A stretch of DNA of 64,000 nucleotides, from positions 12,739,949-12,803,948 of the forward strand of contig NC_057718.1 of assembly GCF_004010195.1 (NCBI RefSeq), given 5' to 3'. Positions 12,060 to 25,074 of the stretch are shown here, in pieces (within the stretch, counting starts at the first letter, position 1; each line of letters begins with the position of its first letter). Below the pieces are notes generated by a model. It did no database searches and had not been told where the DNA came from. It was given only the letters and a program-made list of their open reading frames with translations. The stretch is from Chiloscyllium plagiosum. Taxonomy: Eukaryota. The translations under genes and the position numbers were made by a program.

Positions 12060-12579
12060 CTAAGTCTTGGCGAGCCAATCTGAACTCAATAAAGGGCCTA
12101 TTTCATTGGAGTTCACCCCTCATCCTTGTTTAAACCTTTCTTTACACTTGAAACCAATGTACGACCACAAGCAAGGAACATGCTATACTCCCTAATCTTA
12201 TCCATTAGTGAGGAATCACCATTTGGTAAGATAACAAATCCCAAGGATTGACAGTGTCCTTCCAGTTGGATGAACCCACACTTGAGAAAAGTTATGAAAC
12301 TCACCCAGGAAGCCACAGGAAATAGGAAAGGGTAACTTTTGTTCCTTGGTTCAATAATGAAGAGAATCCGTTATCATTAATCCCAGATCTTTGGGCTAGG
12401 GAAAGAGGAAATCAGCCAAGGTTCATATTTTTGATAGTTCATTCTGGAACTTTGATGGCAGTGGGAGGACAGGATCAAATTTGACTAATTTTCATGGTTA
12501 CAGAATTGTAGAATAGCTGGCTCTCTGAAGAAGCAATCTCCCTAGTGCCAATCCCCCATGTCCTTCCTTTTTCTGGTCA

Positions 12580-12878
12580 GGCCCTGGTCAATGCTTCTGA
12601 GACATGGATCCAAATCCCAGCTGGTAGAATTTGAATTCAATTAATTAATCTGGAATATAAAGTTAACCTAAGTAATCGTGACCAATGACAGCCATCGTGA
12701 TTTGTTCTAAAAACTCATCTGGTCTATTTAATCTCTTTTATGGGAAGGAAATTCCATTATCCTTACCCAGCCAGGCCTGTATGTGGTTCTATACCCACAG
12801 CACTGGGGTTAATGAGAAATAGGCAACAAATGCTGGTTTTGCCTGCAATGGCCTCCTCCCATGAAAGAATAAATAAAG
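12580..12878 (+). mobile_element. Elasmobranch tRNA-derived SINE (family not named; other copies ~18030-18380 +, ~31260-31935 -, ~63405-63735 +)
   Basis: Shared body ...GAATTTGAATTCAA...GGAAGGAAAT...TCCTTACC...AAATGCTGG...CCCATGAAAGAAT in four places. Confidence 0.7.
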
Positions 12879-12899
12879 AAACAATCCATTTTTTACTTG

Positions 12900-13910
12900 T
12901 ATGCCTCACTGTGTAGCTGTCTTCACCCTTACTCTCATGTAGTGAGTTCCAGGCTTAACCCCAAGCTGGGTGGAAAGGATTTACCTCACAACATCATTTT
13001 TCTTTTGCTAATTATCTTAAATCTGTCTCATTCATTGTTCATCCTTCCATCAATGGGAATAGTTTCTCCCTATCTGTCCAGATCCCTCATGATGTTGACC
13101 ATCTCTATCAAATCTCCTCTGAACCTTCTCTTCTGCAAACAAAGAAGTCGCAGCTTCTCCCATGTCTCTATGTTATTTATCATAGGTACTATTCTTGTGA
13201 ATCTCTTCTGAAACCCTCTCCAAAGCCTTCATAAGTTTTCCCAAATGTGGGCCCAGACTGAATGCAATCAGTGCTCTGTATAACTTTAACTTGATTTCCT
13301 TCCTGGTCTGTTCTATATCCCAATTAATAACACCCAGAATGGTAAATGCTTTATTGGCCACATTGCAAACTGTCTTGCCACTTTCAATGATTTAGGCACA
13401 TAGTCAGGACCACACTTGAAGAATGCCCCCTTCCTGGAAGATCCAAGGACAAGAGTATGCCACTGCAAGACATTGCCAGCAAGAGGTGGTGGGTGAAGAC
13501 TGAGAGGCAGGGAAAATCCATCTCTTATTTCAGCATTGAAAATGGAGGAATGATCTGAATGAGGTGTTAAACCGATGAAAGAATTAGATGGAAACAATCT
13601 ATTACTTTTGGTGAGGGTGTCTGGAACAAGAGTTTATAAACTGAGCATTAGAACTACACCATGTAGGAGTGTAATCAGAAAACACATCACCTGAAGGGTA
13701 GCAGAAATCCTGAATTCTCTTCCCCAAAAGACACCGAATGGTGCCTAAATTAAATCTTTAACAACGCCATTAGTTATGTTTGAGTTAAGTGAGAGAGTCA
13801 AAGGTGAGAGGTCAAAGGGAGATAAAGGGTCTTGAAGTCTGGATCAGATATAATCAAATGGAATGGTAGAATAGGTTTGGGGGCTGTAAAGTTTACTCCC
13901 CTTCTGATGT
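12900..13910. mobile_element. Decayed CR1 fragments (minus ~12900-13400, plus ~13530-13910)
   Basis: Translations such as ANKAFTILGVI..LKLYRALI resemble the CR1 ORF2 C-terminus. Confidence 0.6.
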
Positions 13911-16237
13911 TTTTTGAGATGTCTAACTTCACACTAAGATCTGCAGAAGGCAGAATAATTGGGCTCTCCCCAACACAGTTCAAATCCACAACTCATGTAG
14001 TCCTTCAATCCTTCCAACCTTTCAAACAAATCCAGTGATCATTGTCCGTGGGAGTACATTAGTCTCCTGTACTCTGGTTAAAGACCACCAGTAGCATTCA
14101 CAGTGGGTTTAGGGGACCCATTGTGGATTTTATTCCCAAGTAAATCTCAATGCCAGAATGTTATCAAAAAATACGTAAGGTCAAAAGCCAGCAAACTGCA
14201 GTACAGAGGCAATACTGTTTAAGGAAAGATATGATACTTATATTCATTAAGATATATCTCAAAGTCACTTTGCGCAATCAATTAGTATTGTAGGAAATGT
14301 TGTTAAATGCACAGTGGAATAGGTTTTAAATTGAGATTGTTTCAAATTGACATTATGTTCTTTGCGATGAATTATGTTTTCCCTCTTCACACTCCCCCTC
14401 CAACCAATCTTTCTCTCAGCAGACCTTTTTTATTTCACATCAGTTCTACTGTTACCACTTCATCACTTCAGAACAGCCTCTGCCATGTTACATTTCTTCA
14501 TCAATCACAGTATTATGTCTTTTATTCTGGCAGCAAAATAGCAATTCAGGGTTGGGGGACTACATTTAAAAGATTAAAAAAGAAAATAATGTTTGGATGT
14601 CTAAAGTCATTGACCAACTGTTGAAAGAATGAGAACATTTCCTTAATAAATTAATTCATGTTCACCTTCATCCCTGCTCATTCACAAATACTATTCCTCA
14701 TTATTCTTCCTTAAATCATGGCTTGTGGGTTGCCCCACTGTGAAACCTCTGTTTGTATTATGTGTACCCTTAGCAATTTAGCTACCATTGTGCAGGGACA
14801 TCTACTCTTTGGGATTTGCAGTCCTTGGGAAAGTTTGGTCCAAATTAATACTTTAGCATTGTTTGGATTAATCTGTGCGAGCTCCATTTGTATTTAATCG
14901 AGGTCTACCTTGGAGTTTAACAATCACTCCTGTAAATGTTTGCATTAGAATTATGCATAAATGTCCACACTGTTTCTTTAGTTTTATGTTTGTTGAATTA
15001 TTTGAAACGTTCTTTGGAGACTTGAATCCCCGTAAGATCGCCACAAGCCCAACACCACCCTTACTTGTAATTATATTGCTGTTCCTTAACTGTCACAATG
15101 TCAAACTCCTGGAATTCCGTTTCTAACACCATTCTGGGTGCACCACATGGACTGTTGTGGTTCAAGAAAGTGGTTAGCCATCACTTTCTCCAGGGTAACT
15201 AGGGATGGGCAATGAATTCTGCCCTTGGCAGTGACATCCCATCAAAGAATTTTAAAAAAACCTTTATGACAGTCACTACTGTCTGTAGCAAGAGATGACT
15301 TAAACTGCACAACCAAACAAATCAGCATGAGGACTTGCTGACTCAAGTTTCCTGACACAATATCATTTGGAAATTCAATATTTTTTAAATCTCTGGAGAG
15401 GAAAATGTGGCAGAGTTACACTAAAAGGGCAGGCGAGGAAGACTAGGTGTGTCATTTTTTCAGAGAGCCAGCGCAGAGCATGACAGGTTAAACAGCCTCA
15501 TTCTATGCTGCAACCATTCTAACCCAGCACTACAAAATGTTAGAAGTCTTGAAATTGCATCAACTTGTCAATTTTGTTCAAAAACACAGTGCCTTTAGAT
15601 TTATTTTTCCTGTGATCTATAAGGTGAGCTGAGAAATGGAATTTTATTTTCACTGTTATAACCTGTGTTAATTTTAAGTAGGCTGACATATGACAGAAAG
15701 GATGCAGAGCAAAAGATCATCACCAACCACAGTACCATCCCCACCCCACAGCCCCCAATCAATCTCACTACAACTCTTCCTGAGAGTATATCTTACAACG
15801 ATACATTTTCATTTTCAATATCATTGGAAAAAGACTTGGCATTTAAAATTTCCTCTCTGCTGATTTGGAAAAAGAGTTCCTGATTATTCTTTTCATCTCT
15901 TTTTATGTGAAGGGGTTGATAATGTGGAAATGGTGCAGTAAAGGTAACTAATTTTGTTACTTCCTCTCCAACAGGAAAAGTATTGTCTCTCCAAAGTCAC
16001 AACATTTACAATGTTCCCTCTCTGCTGCACAAGAAACTGTCTAATTATTTGGCAAAAGGCCCAACATTTGGAATAGAGAGAGGTGGTAAAGCAGCCTGAA
16101 TTTATAGAGCACATTCAATGCAGTAAAATATTACATTGTCATTTGTGAACAGCAACTACCAAACTCTACTTAACAGTCACTGAGCCATATATTAGGTTTC
16201 AAAACCTTAATGATAAATGTAGGACTTAACGGTCATT

Positions 16238-17640
16238 TTAGACTCATAGAGTCGTACACCATGGAAACATCCAGTCAATTCATCCATGCTGACCAGATCT
16301 CCTAAATTAATCTACTCCTTTTTGCTAGCATTTGGCCCATATCCCTTCCTATTCACATACACATCCAGATGCCTTTTAAATGTTCTAATTGTAGCAGTCT
16401 CCACCACTTTCTCTAGCTCATTCCATGCATGCACCACCCTCTGTCTGAAAATGTTGCCCCTTAGGTCCCTTTTAAATCTCTCCCCTCTCTCCTTAAACCT
16501 CTGCCGTCTAGTGTTGGACTCGCCTACCCCAGGGTAAAGAACTTCGGCTATTCACCCTATCCATGCCCTTCATGATTTTGTAAACCTCTATAAAGTCACC
16601 CCTCAGCCTATTCACCCTCTCCCTACAGATCAAACCCTCCAACTCTGGCAACATGCTTATAAGTCTTATCTGAATCCTTGCAAGTTTCACAACATCTTTC
16701 CAAAAGGAGGATAATCAGAATTGTACACATTGTAAAAGTGGCCTACCAATATACTGTACAACCACAACATAACATCCCAACTCCTACACTCAATACACTG
16801 ACTAATGAAAGTAAACACTTTCTTCACTACCATGTCTATCTGCAACTCTACCTTCAAGGAAGTATTAACTCCAAGGTCTCCAGTGTATAAGTCCTAACCT
16901 GATTTTCCATACCAAACTACAATATCTCACATTTATCTAAATTAAACTCTATTTGCCACTCCTCAGCCTATCTAATCAAGGTCCTATTATACTCTGAGAT
17001 AACCTTCTTCACTGTCTACTAAACCACCATTTTTTTTTGTCATCTGCAAACTTACTAACCATTCTTCCTATATTGATATCCAAATCATTTATATAAATGA
17101 CAAAAAGCAGTGGACCCAGCACCAATCCTTGGGGCACACCACTGGTCATAGGTCTCCTGTCTAAAAAGCTGCCTTTTCCCACCACCTTCTGTCTCCCTAC
17201 CTTTGAGCCAATTTTGTATCCAAATGACTAACCCTCCCTGGATTAATGTGATCTAACCATGCAGAACCCTTGTCAAATGCTTTGCCAAAGTCCATATAGG
17301 TAATGTCCACAGCTCTGCCTTCATTGATCTTCCTTGTCACTTCTTCAAAAAACTCATTCAAATTGTTGAGAACACGATTTCTCATGCACACAGCCATGTT
17401 GACTAACCCTACACAGTCCCTGCCTTTCCAAGTGCATGTTAGTCCTGTCCATAACAATCCTCTTGAACAATTTACCCACCACTGATGTCAGGCTCACTGG
17501 TCTATAGTTCCCTGGCTTTTCCTCACCACCTTTCTTAAATAATGGCACCACATTACCAACCTTCAGACTTCCAGCACTTCACCCATGGCTCTCAATGATA
17601 CAAATATCTCAGCAAGGACCCAGCAATTACTTCACTAGCT
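16238..17640 (-). mobile_element. CR1 (HER1-like) LINE, 5'-truncated, frameshifted RT
   Basis: VPLFKKG..EKPGNYRPVSLTSVVGKL, YMDFGKAFDK, FADD, RGDFIEVYKIM; 3' tail CTCTATGAGTCT. Confidence 0.9.
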
Positions 17641-18639
17641 TCATCTTAAAGTGAAGAGAGAGTTAGAGACATTTATGGAGGGAATTCTAGACCTTGAGGC
17701 CCAGTCAAATGAAGACATAGCCACAAATGGAAGATCAATGTAATGCAACAGGCAAGAATTGCACTAGGGTTGTGGAGCTGAAGGAGATTACAGTGAGGGG
17801 GGGTAGTGGGGTGAAGGGTGAACTGCATTTGTAGCATGTCAGGATACAAGTAGCAGAAGATTAGATGACCTCAAGTTTTCAGAATGTGGAAAGCTGGCCA
17901 AGAGTGAACCAGAGTAGTCACATTTGGAGAAACAAATGCATGGATGGGGTTTTCAACAGTATAACAGCTGAGGCAGTGGTGGAGAGGCTATGGTGGTGGA
18001 CATAGACAGTCTCAGCAATGCTGCAATCAGGGTGATGGTGGTGTAGTGATAAGGTCATTATCATGCTCACCATCACAAATTCGAAACCCAGCATGCAAGG
18101 TGGTAGATTTTTAATTCATTAAAGTAAGCTGGAATTTGAAAGCTAGTGATAGTGGTGATTCATAAGCTATAATTGATTGGTGTAAAAACCTTACCTGGTT
18201 CAATAAAGTCCTTTAGGGAGCAAAATCTTATGTCCTTACCAATTCTGGCTTATATGTGAGTCCAGAACCACGTCAACAGTCTTCTGAATTGGCCTAGCAA
18301 GCTGTTCAATTCAGGTGCAATTCGTGATGGGCAAGAATTGATGGCGTTGCCAGGATGCCCACATCCTATGAAAGAATAATGGGTCATCTCAGGGCCAAAT
18401 ATGTCACCAAGTTTGTGAACAAATTGGCATAAACAATGGAGTAGACGAGGGTTTTTGCAGATGAATAACGAAGGCAGAGTTGGAGATGAGTCAGTGTCAT
18501 GGAGATGGAAGTAGATGGTCTTGGTGATGAAGCAGGAAACCTCATCTCAGGCCAGGAGACAGACAGCTTGCTTTCAGTGCAGTGGACTAATCATACCTAA
18601 CATATACGCCTATTTTACTTCTCCAAATCTGTACCACCA

Positions 18640-18830
18640 TTAGCACTCCTTTTGTTTTTTGCTCTGGGCACCGTCACCAACAGGTCCACTCTCTCCCCCT
18701 CTACTTCTGTCCATAGCATAAAAAGAACAGCTCTTTTCAGTTCCAAAGAAGAGTAATTTCAGACTTGAAATGTAAATGTCCCCACAGATGCTGCCAGAGC
18801 TGCTGGAGCTTCTCAAGCATTTTCCGTTTC
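18640..18830 (+). mobile_element. Decayed PLE 3' end (family D; similar remnants ~45340-45465 and ~59825-60020)
   Basis: AAGAAGAGT...ACTTGAAATGT followed by CACAGATGCTGCCAGA.CTGCTG...CAGCATTTT, the same layout as the other PLE ends. Confidence 0.5.
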
Positions 18831-19079
18831 AGGGACAGCCTCAGACAACAGCCAGCAAGAAGCATGGAGGCTGTGGCAATGGGAAAGCATAGGGTGGCAC
18901 TACACCTTAGAAAGACGATATTGGCCTTGAAGGGAGTACAACATTGATTTACAAGAATGACACCTGGACTTCAGGAGTTAAGTTATGAGGAGAGATTATA
19001 CAAATTAGGTCTTCATATTTAAAATGTAGAAGGATAAAGGTGATCTGATGGAAGTCTTCAAGAGCCACGTCATTGCTTT

Positions 19080-19880
19080 AAGATCCGACCTACAACGGTG
19101 TTGTCAGCAAACTTGTTAATGGAGTTGGGCGGAATTTGGCCACACAGTCATGAGTGTAAAAGGAGTATAGTAGGAGGTTGAGTCCACAGCCATGTGGAGC
19201 ACTGATGCTGAGGATTATTGTGGAGAAGGTGCCTATCCTTACTGACTGTGATCAATGGGTCAGGAAGTTGAGAATCCAGTTTCATAGAGGGGATGTTAAG
19301 ACCTAGTTCTTGGAGTTTGGAGATGAGTTTGGAATCGTGGTGTTGAAGGTGGAGCTGTAGTCTCTAAGTAGGAGCCTGACATAGGTATCCTTGTTATCTA
19401 AATGTTCCAGGGGTGAGTGTAGGACATGGCATCTGCTGTGGACCTGTTGTGCCAGTAGGCAAGTTACAAAAGATCGAGGCAATCCGGTAAGCTAGAGTTG
19501 ATATGAGCCATGACTGACCTCTCAAAGCACTTCTTGAAGCAGATTGGGACTTCAGATCAAAGTAAGGCAAAGTGAAAGGTGTCAGCAAATACTCCCACCA
19601 GCTGGCCCACACAGGATCTGTGTGCACAGCCAGGGATTCCATCTGGGTTAGTTACTTTCGTGGGTTCACTCTTAAGAAGGCCGATGCAATGTCTGTGGTA
19701 GTGAATGTGGGCACAGGTGCAAGGCTGTTGGGATAGGTGACATAATTTCATTGACCTTCCATTCAAAGTGAATGTAGAATGCATTGAGCTCATCAGGTAA
19801 GGATGTTATTGTTGCCCACAATTCTGTTTGACTTTTCCTTGTAGCATGTTATGTTGTGTAAGCCTTGCCACAGTCTGAGT
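19080..19880 (-). mobile_element. Rex1/Babar-like non-LTR retrotransposon RT remnant
   Basis: Minus-strand remnants PDGIPG..CVGQLVGVFADTF, TYVRLLL.DYSSTFNT and FADNT typical of Rex1-Babar RT. Confidence 0.7.
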
Positions 19881-22147
19881 GAAGACCATCCACTCAGCAC
19901 TGCTGGCTGATCTCTGCTATGTTTAAGGATGGAAATATTCATGAAGCTATGTACTCCCAATAATTGTCCAACACTGTTATGACTGGATGATAGGACTGAG
20001 ACATTTAATCTGATTTATTGATTGTGAGATTGATATTTTTATCTATCACATCATGTCACTTTATTGGGATGGCATGTGCTTTTTAGATATTTCTGGTATT
20101 GCTGTTCCTCACTTGCACTCTTCATTGAACCATGGTTCATCCGCCAGGTAATGGTAGGATGGGGAAAATGTTGAGCCATGAGGTTATAGATTGTGGTAGA
20201 ATGCAATTCTGTTGCTGAGGCCTGCTGTGGCCCATGGATATCTTGTTTTTAGCTGCTAGATCCATTCTAAATCTATATTGTTTAATACGGTGGTAATCCC
20301 ACACAGTGCATGGAGGGTGCCCTCATTGAGCAAAGGTTACTCTTGTTAATACTATCATGGTAGATTGGTGAGGATGAGTAGGTTTTTCTCTTGCACTTTA
20401 GCATGGGTCTGCAGCAATGTTCTTTAGGATTTAGCCAACTTGGTCAGCTCTGATGATGCCAAGCCATGCATGGTAATTGGACAATGAAGAATCCCATCCA
20501 GAGTGCATTCCGTACCCATGCTTAAAATTATTCATCCATTTGTGTTCAACGTGAGACAATGCTAATTCATCAAATGAGGTGGGTGGGGCAGTGGTAGTCA
20601 GCAGGACCTGATGGAACAGAACCTAATGGGTTCTGGAGTCAAAGCTGAGGACTCCACTCCCTCCAACATTGTGGTACAGTAATCTGATTACATGTTGATA
20701 TTATTTGAATGTTACTGATTGAGTCTCCATAATATATTTTCAATGTTTTAACATGAACTGAATTATGAGTTAGTTTCAGTTTCCACGTTTAGCATGAGAT
20801 TGAGAGCCTATCTGAGAGAGAGGCCGGGTGGAGGGAAAATATCTCTCTATTTAATTTGAACATTGTTAAGAGGGGCACAAAGTCACAAAGCTTTTCATAT
20901 TATACTCATCAGGACTGGGACACAAGCAATCTAACTTTGAAAGGAGGCAATAATTTCTAGGAAGAGCATACTACTTACTTGGCCCATGGTCGGTACTGAA
21001 ATGCAATAAAACCTGTTAACTGTCAATATTAGCTGATTTAACTCCAATTAGGGAGGTAAACCCTGGTCAGGGCATTGCCATGGCAAATACAGTAGAGATT
21101 GGTCATCTTTGTAAGCTTCTCTTAAAAAGGTATGATGTATGCACAAATTCTTTTCCATGCTGGTGTAATGCCAGGTATGTATTCTATACATCCCAAAGAC
21201 TGGCAAGCCATAACAACAACACATCCTTTGACTGTCAATGTGGGCAGAATGCTTATTGAGCTCAGCCAACCCATGCTTGCAGAATGCCCAGCTGTGCTTA
21301 TACATCAGTTTTGCCTCCTTTTGGAATGTTGAAGTTCTGTATTACCAAGCAAATATTCAACTTCACTTATCAATTTTTAAAAATTAATTATTAATATTGA
21401 GTAGCTTAGAGGCAAATGAGTTGAGATTATCATTGGTGTTTTTTCCCTCGCTAACTCCATTTTAGATTAGTTCTGCCCGCTTTCCCTCCCTGATATTTGC
21501 TATGGATGAATTGCTTATGGTGGTTGATACTTGACAATTGTTCTTTTAAATGAGTAACAGGGTGATTAGGTGGTTTTTAAAAAAAAATCCAGAGGTGTGT
21601 AATGGCATCTTTGAATAGGGCAGAGGGTGGTGGTGGGGATGCTAGTTTTGCCTTGCATTATTGTTGGTAAGCACAGTGAATAAGCCACTGCCGAGCAATA
21701 ATCAAAAGAGCCCAACCAGAAAGTCCATGCCTTTCTGAAGAATCCTTCAAGCTATCAAATCCCAATGTGTCAAAAATCTAATTCCACAATAACCATTCTT
21801 CTCTCTGCTCCCCAACCCCCATCCCCTTCAAAAAAAAACAAGCTGTCCAACTAAAATCCTTACTGATTTCGCCAACATCAGGTGCCTTCCTGCGGCTCAG
21901 ATAAATTGCTTATACTTTTAATGATCAAATAATGAATCTAAATGTGGAATATTCTTATTGAATATTAAAATCACTGAGTGGGTCTCTGCTTTTCTTGACA
22001 TACTAATGACTGCAGGGCACTACTTCAAAATTTTCTTTTGAAACAAAACATGGAAATATCGTGAACTGTGAAGAGGTTAGTGATTAGATTGAGGAGGATA
22101 CAGATGAGTGGAATGTGCATATGTGATCAGTTTTTATAGGAGTGAAA

Positions 22148-22685
22148 TTTGGAGTATTGTGTGTAATTGTGGTTTCTCTCCTATAGGAAGGATGTTGTGA
22201 AACTTGAAAGGGTTCAGAAAAAAGTTACAGGGATATTGGCAGGGTTGAAGGATTTGAGCTATAGGGAGAGGCTGAACAGGCTGGGGCTATTTTCCCTGCA
22301 GCGTCAGAAGTTGAGGGGTGATCTTATAGATGTTTATGAAATCATGAGAGGCATGGAATAGGGTAAATAGGTAAGGTCTTTTCCCCAGGCTGGTGGAGTC
22401 CAAAACTTTAAGGTGAAAGGGGAAAGATTTAAAAGGGATCTGAGGGGCAACATTTTCATGGGTGGTGTGTGTATGGAATAAGCTGCCAGATGAAGTGGTG
22501 GAGGCCAGTATGATTGCAACATTTAAAAGGTATCTGGAAAGGTATATGAATAGGAAGGGTTTAGAGGGATTTGGGCCAAATACTGGCAAATCAGACTAGA
22601 TTAATTTAGGATATCTGGTTGGCATGGACGAGTTGGAGCAAAGGGTCTGTTTCCGTGCTGTACATCTGCATGACTCTATGACTCA
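22148..22685 (+). mobile_element. CR1 LINE 3' end
   Basis: YRKDVVKLERVQKK..SYRERLNRLGLFSL..LRGDLI; tail CATGACTCTATGACTC. Confidence 0.9.
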
Positions 22686-22779
22686 ATATTAACAGGAAAA
22701 GACAGGGTAGATAAACTCGTTTCACTGCTTGGAGACTCTAGAACTAGTATGAGAGTTATAGCCAAACTGTTCAGGAGAG

Positions 22780-22906
22780 ATGAAGGGCTCCTGCCCGAAA
22801 CGTCGATTCTCCTGCTCCTCGGATGTTGCATGACCTGCTGTGCTTTTCCAGCACCAGACACTCTCGACTCTCGCTCCAGCAACTGCAGTCCTCACTTTCT
22901 CCTAGA
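22780..22906 (+). mobile_element. PLE family A solo 3' end
   Basis: Begins GATGAAGGGCTCCTGCCCGAAACGTC; 15-bp direct repeat TGTTCAGGAGAGATG at 22768-22782 and 22907-22921. Confidence 0.8.
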
Positions 22907-23129
22907 TGTTCAGGAGAGATGTTCGGAATCACGTGTACACACAAAGGGCAGTAGATGTTCGGTACTCTCTTCCACAAAGGGCAGTTGATGCTAGATCAGA
23001 TGTTAATTTTAAATCTAAGGCAGATGATTATTTTTGTTCAGCACAGGTATGAAGGGATAAAGGGCAAAATGCCTCTCATTGCATGGCACAACGAGGTCGA
23101 GGGGCTGAATGGCCTACTCCAGTTAGAAT

Positions 23130-23720
23130 GCCCACCCCTTGCCCCGCTAGGGTTGGGTGACTGACAGCTAGAAGTGACGGCTCTCGAGTTGCCACTGAGC
23201 CCAGGCTGGGGGAGGAGAGTGGGGGCTGCGCCTGAGTGAATGAGTCGGGGCTGGGAGGAGTACCAGGAGGGGGCGCTGCAGCGGGAGCGCGCCTCTCAGC
23301 CTGAGGGCAGCGGGGGCGTGTACGTCAGCGGAGGGAGCGTGCACGGGCGGGGGCGAGCCCAGGTAAGCCCTTATTTCAGGGGCGTTTCGGACGGTTGTGG
23401 CTTCACCAAGATTCAAGTGAGGTCCACTCCGTCCTCCTCTGCCTCCTCCCCGGGCTGTCCGTGCCCGAGCCGCCGCTTTCAGCGCTGGGGGTGGAGTTGC
23501 CTCCCTCCCGCCCTCGGTTGCTCTCATCCCCGGCCTCGAGTTGAATCCTGTCCGCCTGTGCGTGCACCTTACCCCGGGCACGTTCCGGAGGAATGCTCAG
23601 TGCCCCCCCCAGTGAACCCGGAGCCGGGGAACCCTGCTTTAAGATCTACTTCAGCCGTGCCCGAGAGCCCCCGCTCACACTGGGCTGCAGACTTGCAACT
23701 TTTAGCGGAAACTTGCTTTA
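23130..23720 (+). promoter_or_regulatory. CpG island, probable FAM120B promoter
   Basis: Isolated GC/CpG-rich block in AT-rich DNA; the only one between DLL1 and the FAM120B coding exon; ETS-like GAAGTG at 23171. Confidence 0.75.
23170..23362 (+). other. FAM120B: Probable FAM120B exon 1 (5' UTR; start approximate)
   Basis: Strong donor CAG|GTAAGC at 23362/23363 inside the CpG island; the first coding exon at 48300 has an acceptor and so needs an upstream exon. Confidence 0.65.
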
Positions 23721-24115
23721 AATTTAACCTTAAATTTAACCTTTGAGGGCGAGTTTCTTGATGGTGCATTTTGTTTGTAGACACCCTCCCCCTCGCCGCT
23801 GAGCTTGAGCTTGCACAAGCATTGATGACAAAATGCTGCTGGCTGTGTGTGTCTTGTATTTGTAATATTTTCTGTCAGATAAACTCACATCCAGTGATGG
23901 ATTGGTCTGTGTTATCATCATAGGTACTACTGGAGACATCTCCTCATCCTATGTTGCCCTCACTGTCTGAAAACTTTCCTTTCGAGCTCCACCCTGCCCT
24001 TCCCTCCTTTGTAAATTCTCCAACATTTCCCATGTACGACCCCCATCCCCAATATTTTTTGCATTGTCTTACTGTCATCATCTTCAGCTAACATTAAATA
24101 TGATTGTTCATTTGT

Positions 24116-24402
24116 GGGTGGCACAGTGGTTAGCACTGCTGCCTCACAGCGCCAAAGACCCAGGTTCAATTCCCGCCTCAGGTGACTGACTGTGTGGAGT
24201 TTGCACATTCTCCCTGTGTCTGTGTGGGTTTCCTCCCACAGTCCAAAGATGTGCCGGTCAGGTGAATTGGCCATGCTAAATTGCCCGTAGTGTTAGGTGA
24301 AGGGGTAGATATAGGGGTATGGGTGGGTTGTGCTGCTGCGGGTCGGTGTGGACTTGTTGGGCCGAAGGGCCTGTTTCCACACTGTAAGTAATCTAATCTA
24401 AT
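24116..24402 (+). mobile_element. HE1-type V-SINE
   Basis: GGTGGCACAGTGGTTAGCACTGCTGCCTCACAGCGCC..GGTTCAATTCCC head, TGTGTGGAGTTTGCAC.TTCTCCC V-domain, CR1-like 3' end, (TAATC)n tail. Confidence 0.9.
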
Positions 24403-24856
24403 TCTTGCATTCTTCATAAATTGGCTGTCACATCTCTCACATTGCAACGGGGACCACTTCAAAAGTATTTTGCTGTCTGTAAAGTTTTTGGAGGCCACGT
24501 AAGGTGCAATACAAATGCAAGTTTTTATTTCTGCAAAACTGAGCTGATAGTTTCCATTGTTGATGTAGAATGATGCAAATTGTAAGGAATGCGTATGCTT
24601 GCACTACTGTTAAAGTGGTGGAAAAGATTTACAGGATTCTGCATTTGATAAAGAGAGGCAAGGACATTGTTGAATCTTTATAAAGTTCTGGTTTAGCCTC
24701 ATTTGGAGCGCATGGTATAAAGGCAATGAAGGCATGGGAGAAAATGTGGAAGACATTCACAAGAATAGCTTGAGTGTTGAGGAACTTGAGTGGATTAGTG
24801 GAAAAGCTGAGGTTTTCCCTTGAGAAGGGAAGGTTGAAACAGTTGAAAATTTTTGA

Positions 24857-25074
24857 CGTGATTTGGAGATGCCGGTGTTGGACTGGGGTGTACAAAGTTA
24901 AAAATCACACAACACCAGGTTATAGTCCAACAGGTTTAATTGGAAGCACACTAGCTTTCGGAGCGACGCTCCTTCATCAGGTGATTGTGATGAAGGAGTG
25001 TCGCTCCGAAAACTAGTGTGCTTCCAATTAAACCTGTTGGACTATAACCTGGTGTTGTGTGATTTTTAACTTTG
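24857..25074. mobile_element. Palindromic PLE mini-insertion (family B) inside a decayed CR1
   Basis: 87-bp arms 24893-24979 / 24988-25074 with 2 mismatches; 36-nt tail 24857-24892; flanking repeat TTGAAAAT(T/C)TTTGA (24843-24856, 25072-25085). Confidence 0.85.
24949..24983 (-). ncRNA. Minimal hammerhead ribozyme motif (family B)
   Basis: CAC-CTGATGA-A-GGAGC-GTC-GCTCC-GAAAG-CTA-GTG: stem I CAC/GTG, 5-bp stem II, palindromic AGCT stem III, CUA cleavage triplet. Confidence 0.75.

Noticed and set aside
23168..23784. 137-168 aa ORFs over the CpG island as stand-alone genes
   Set aside because: Stop-poor GC-rich DNA; the plus ORF crosses a strong donor at 23363 and is treated only as a possible uORF
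24116..24190. tRNA genes (also 34915, 5480, 54530)
   Set aside because: A/B boxes are SINE heads followed by SINE bodies; no complete cloverleaf
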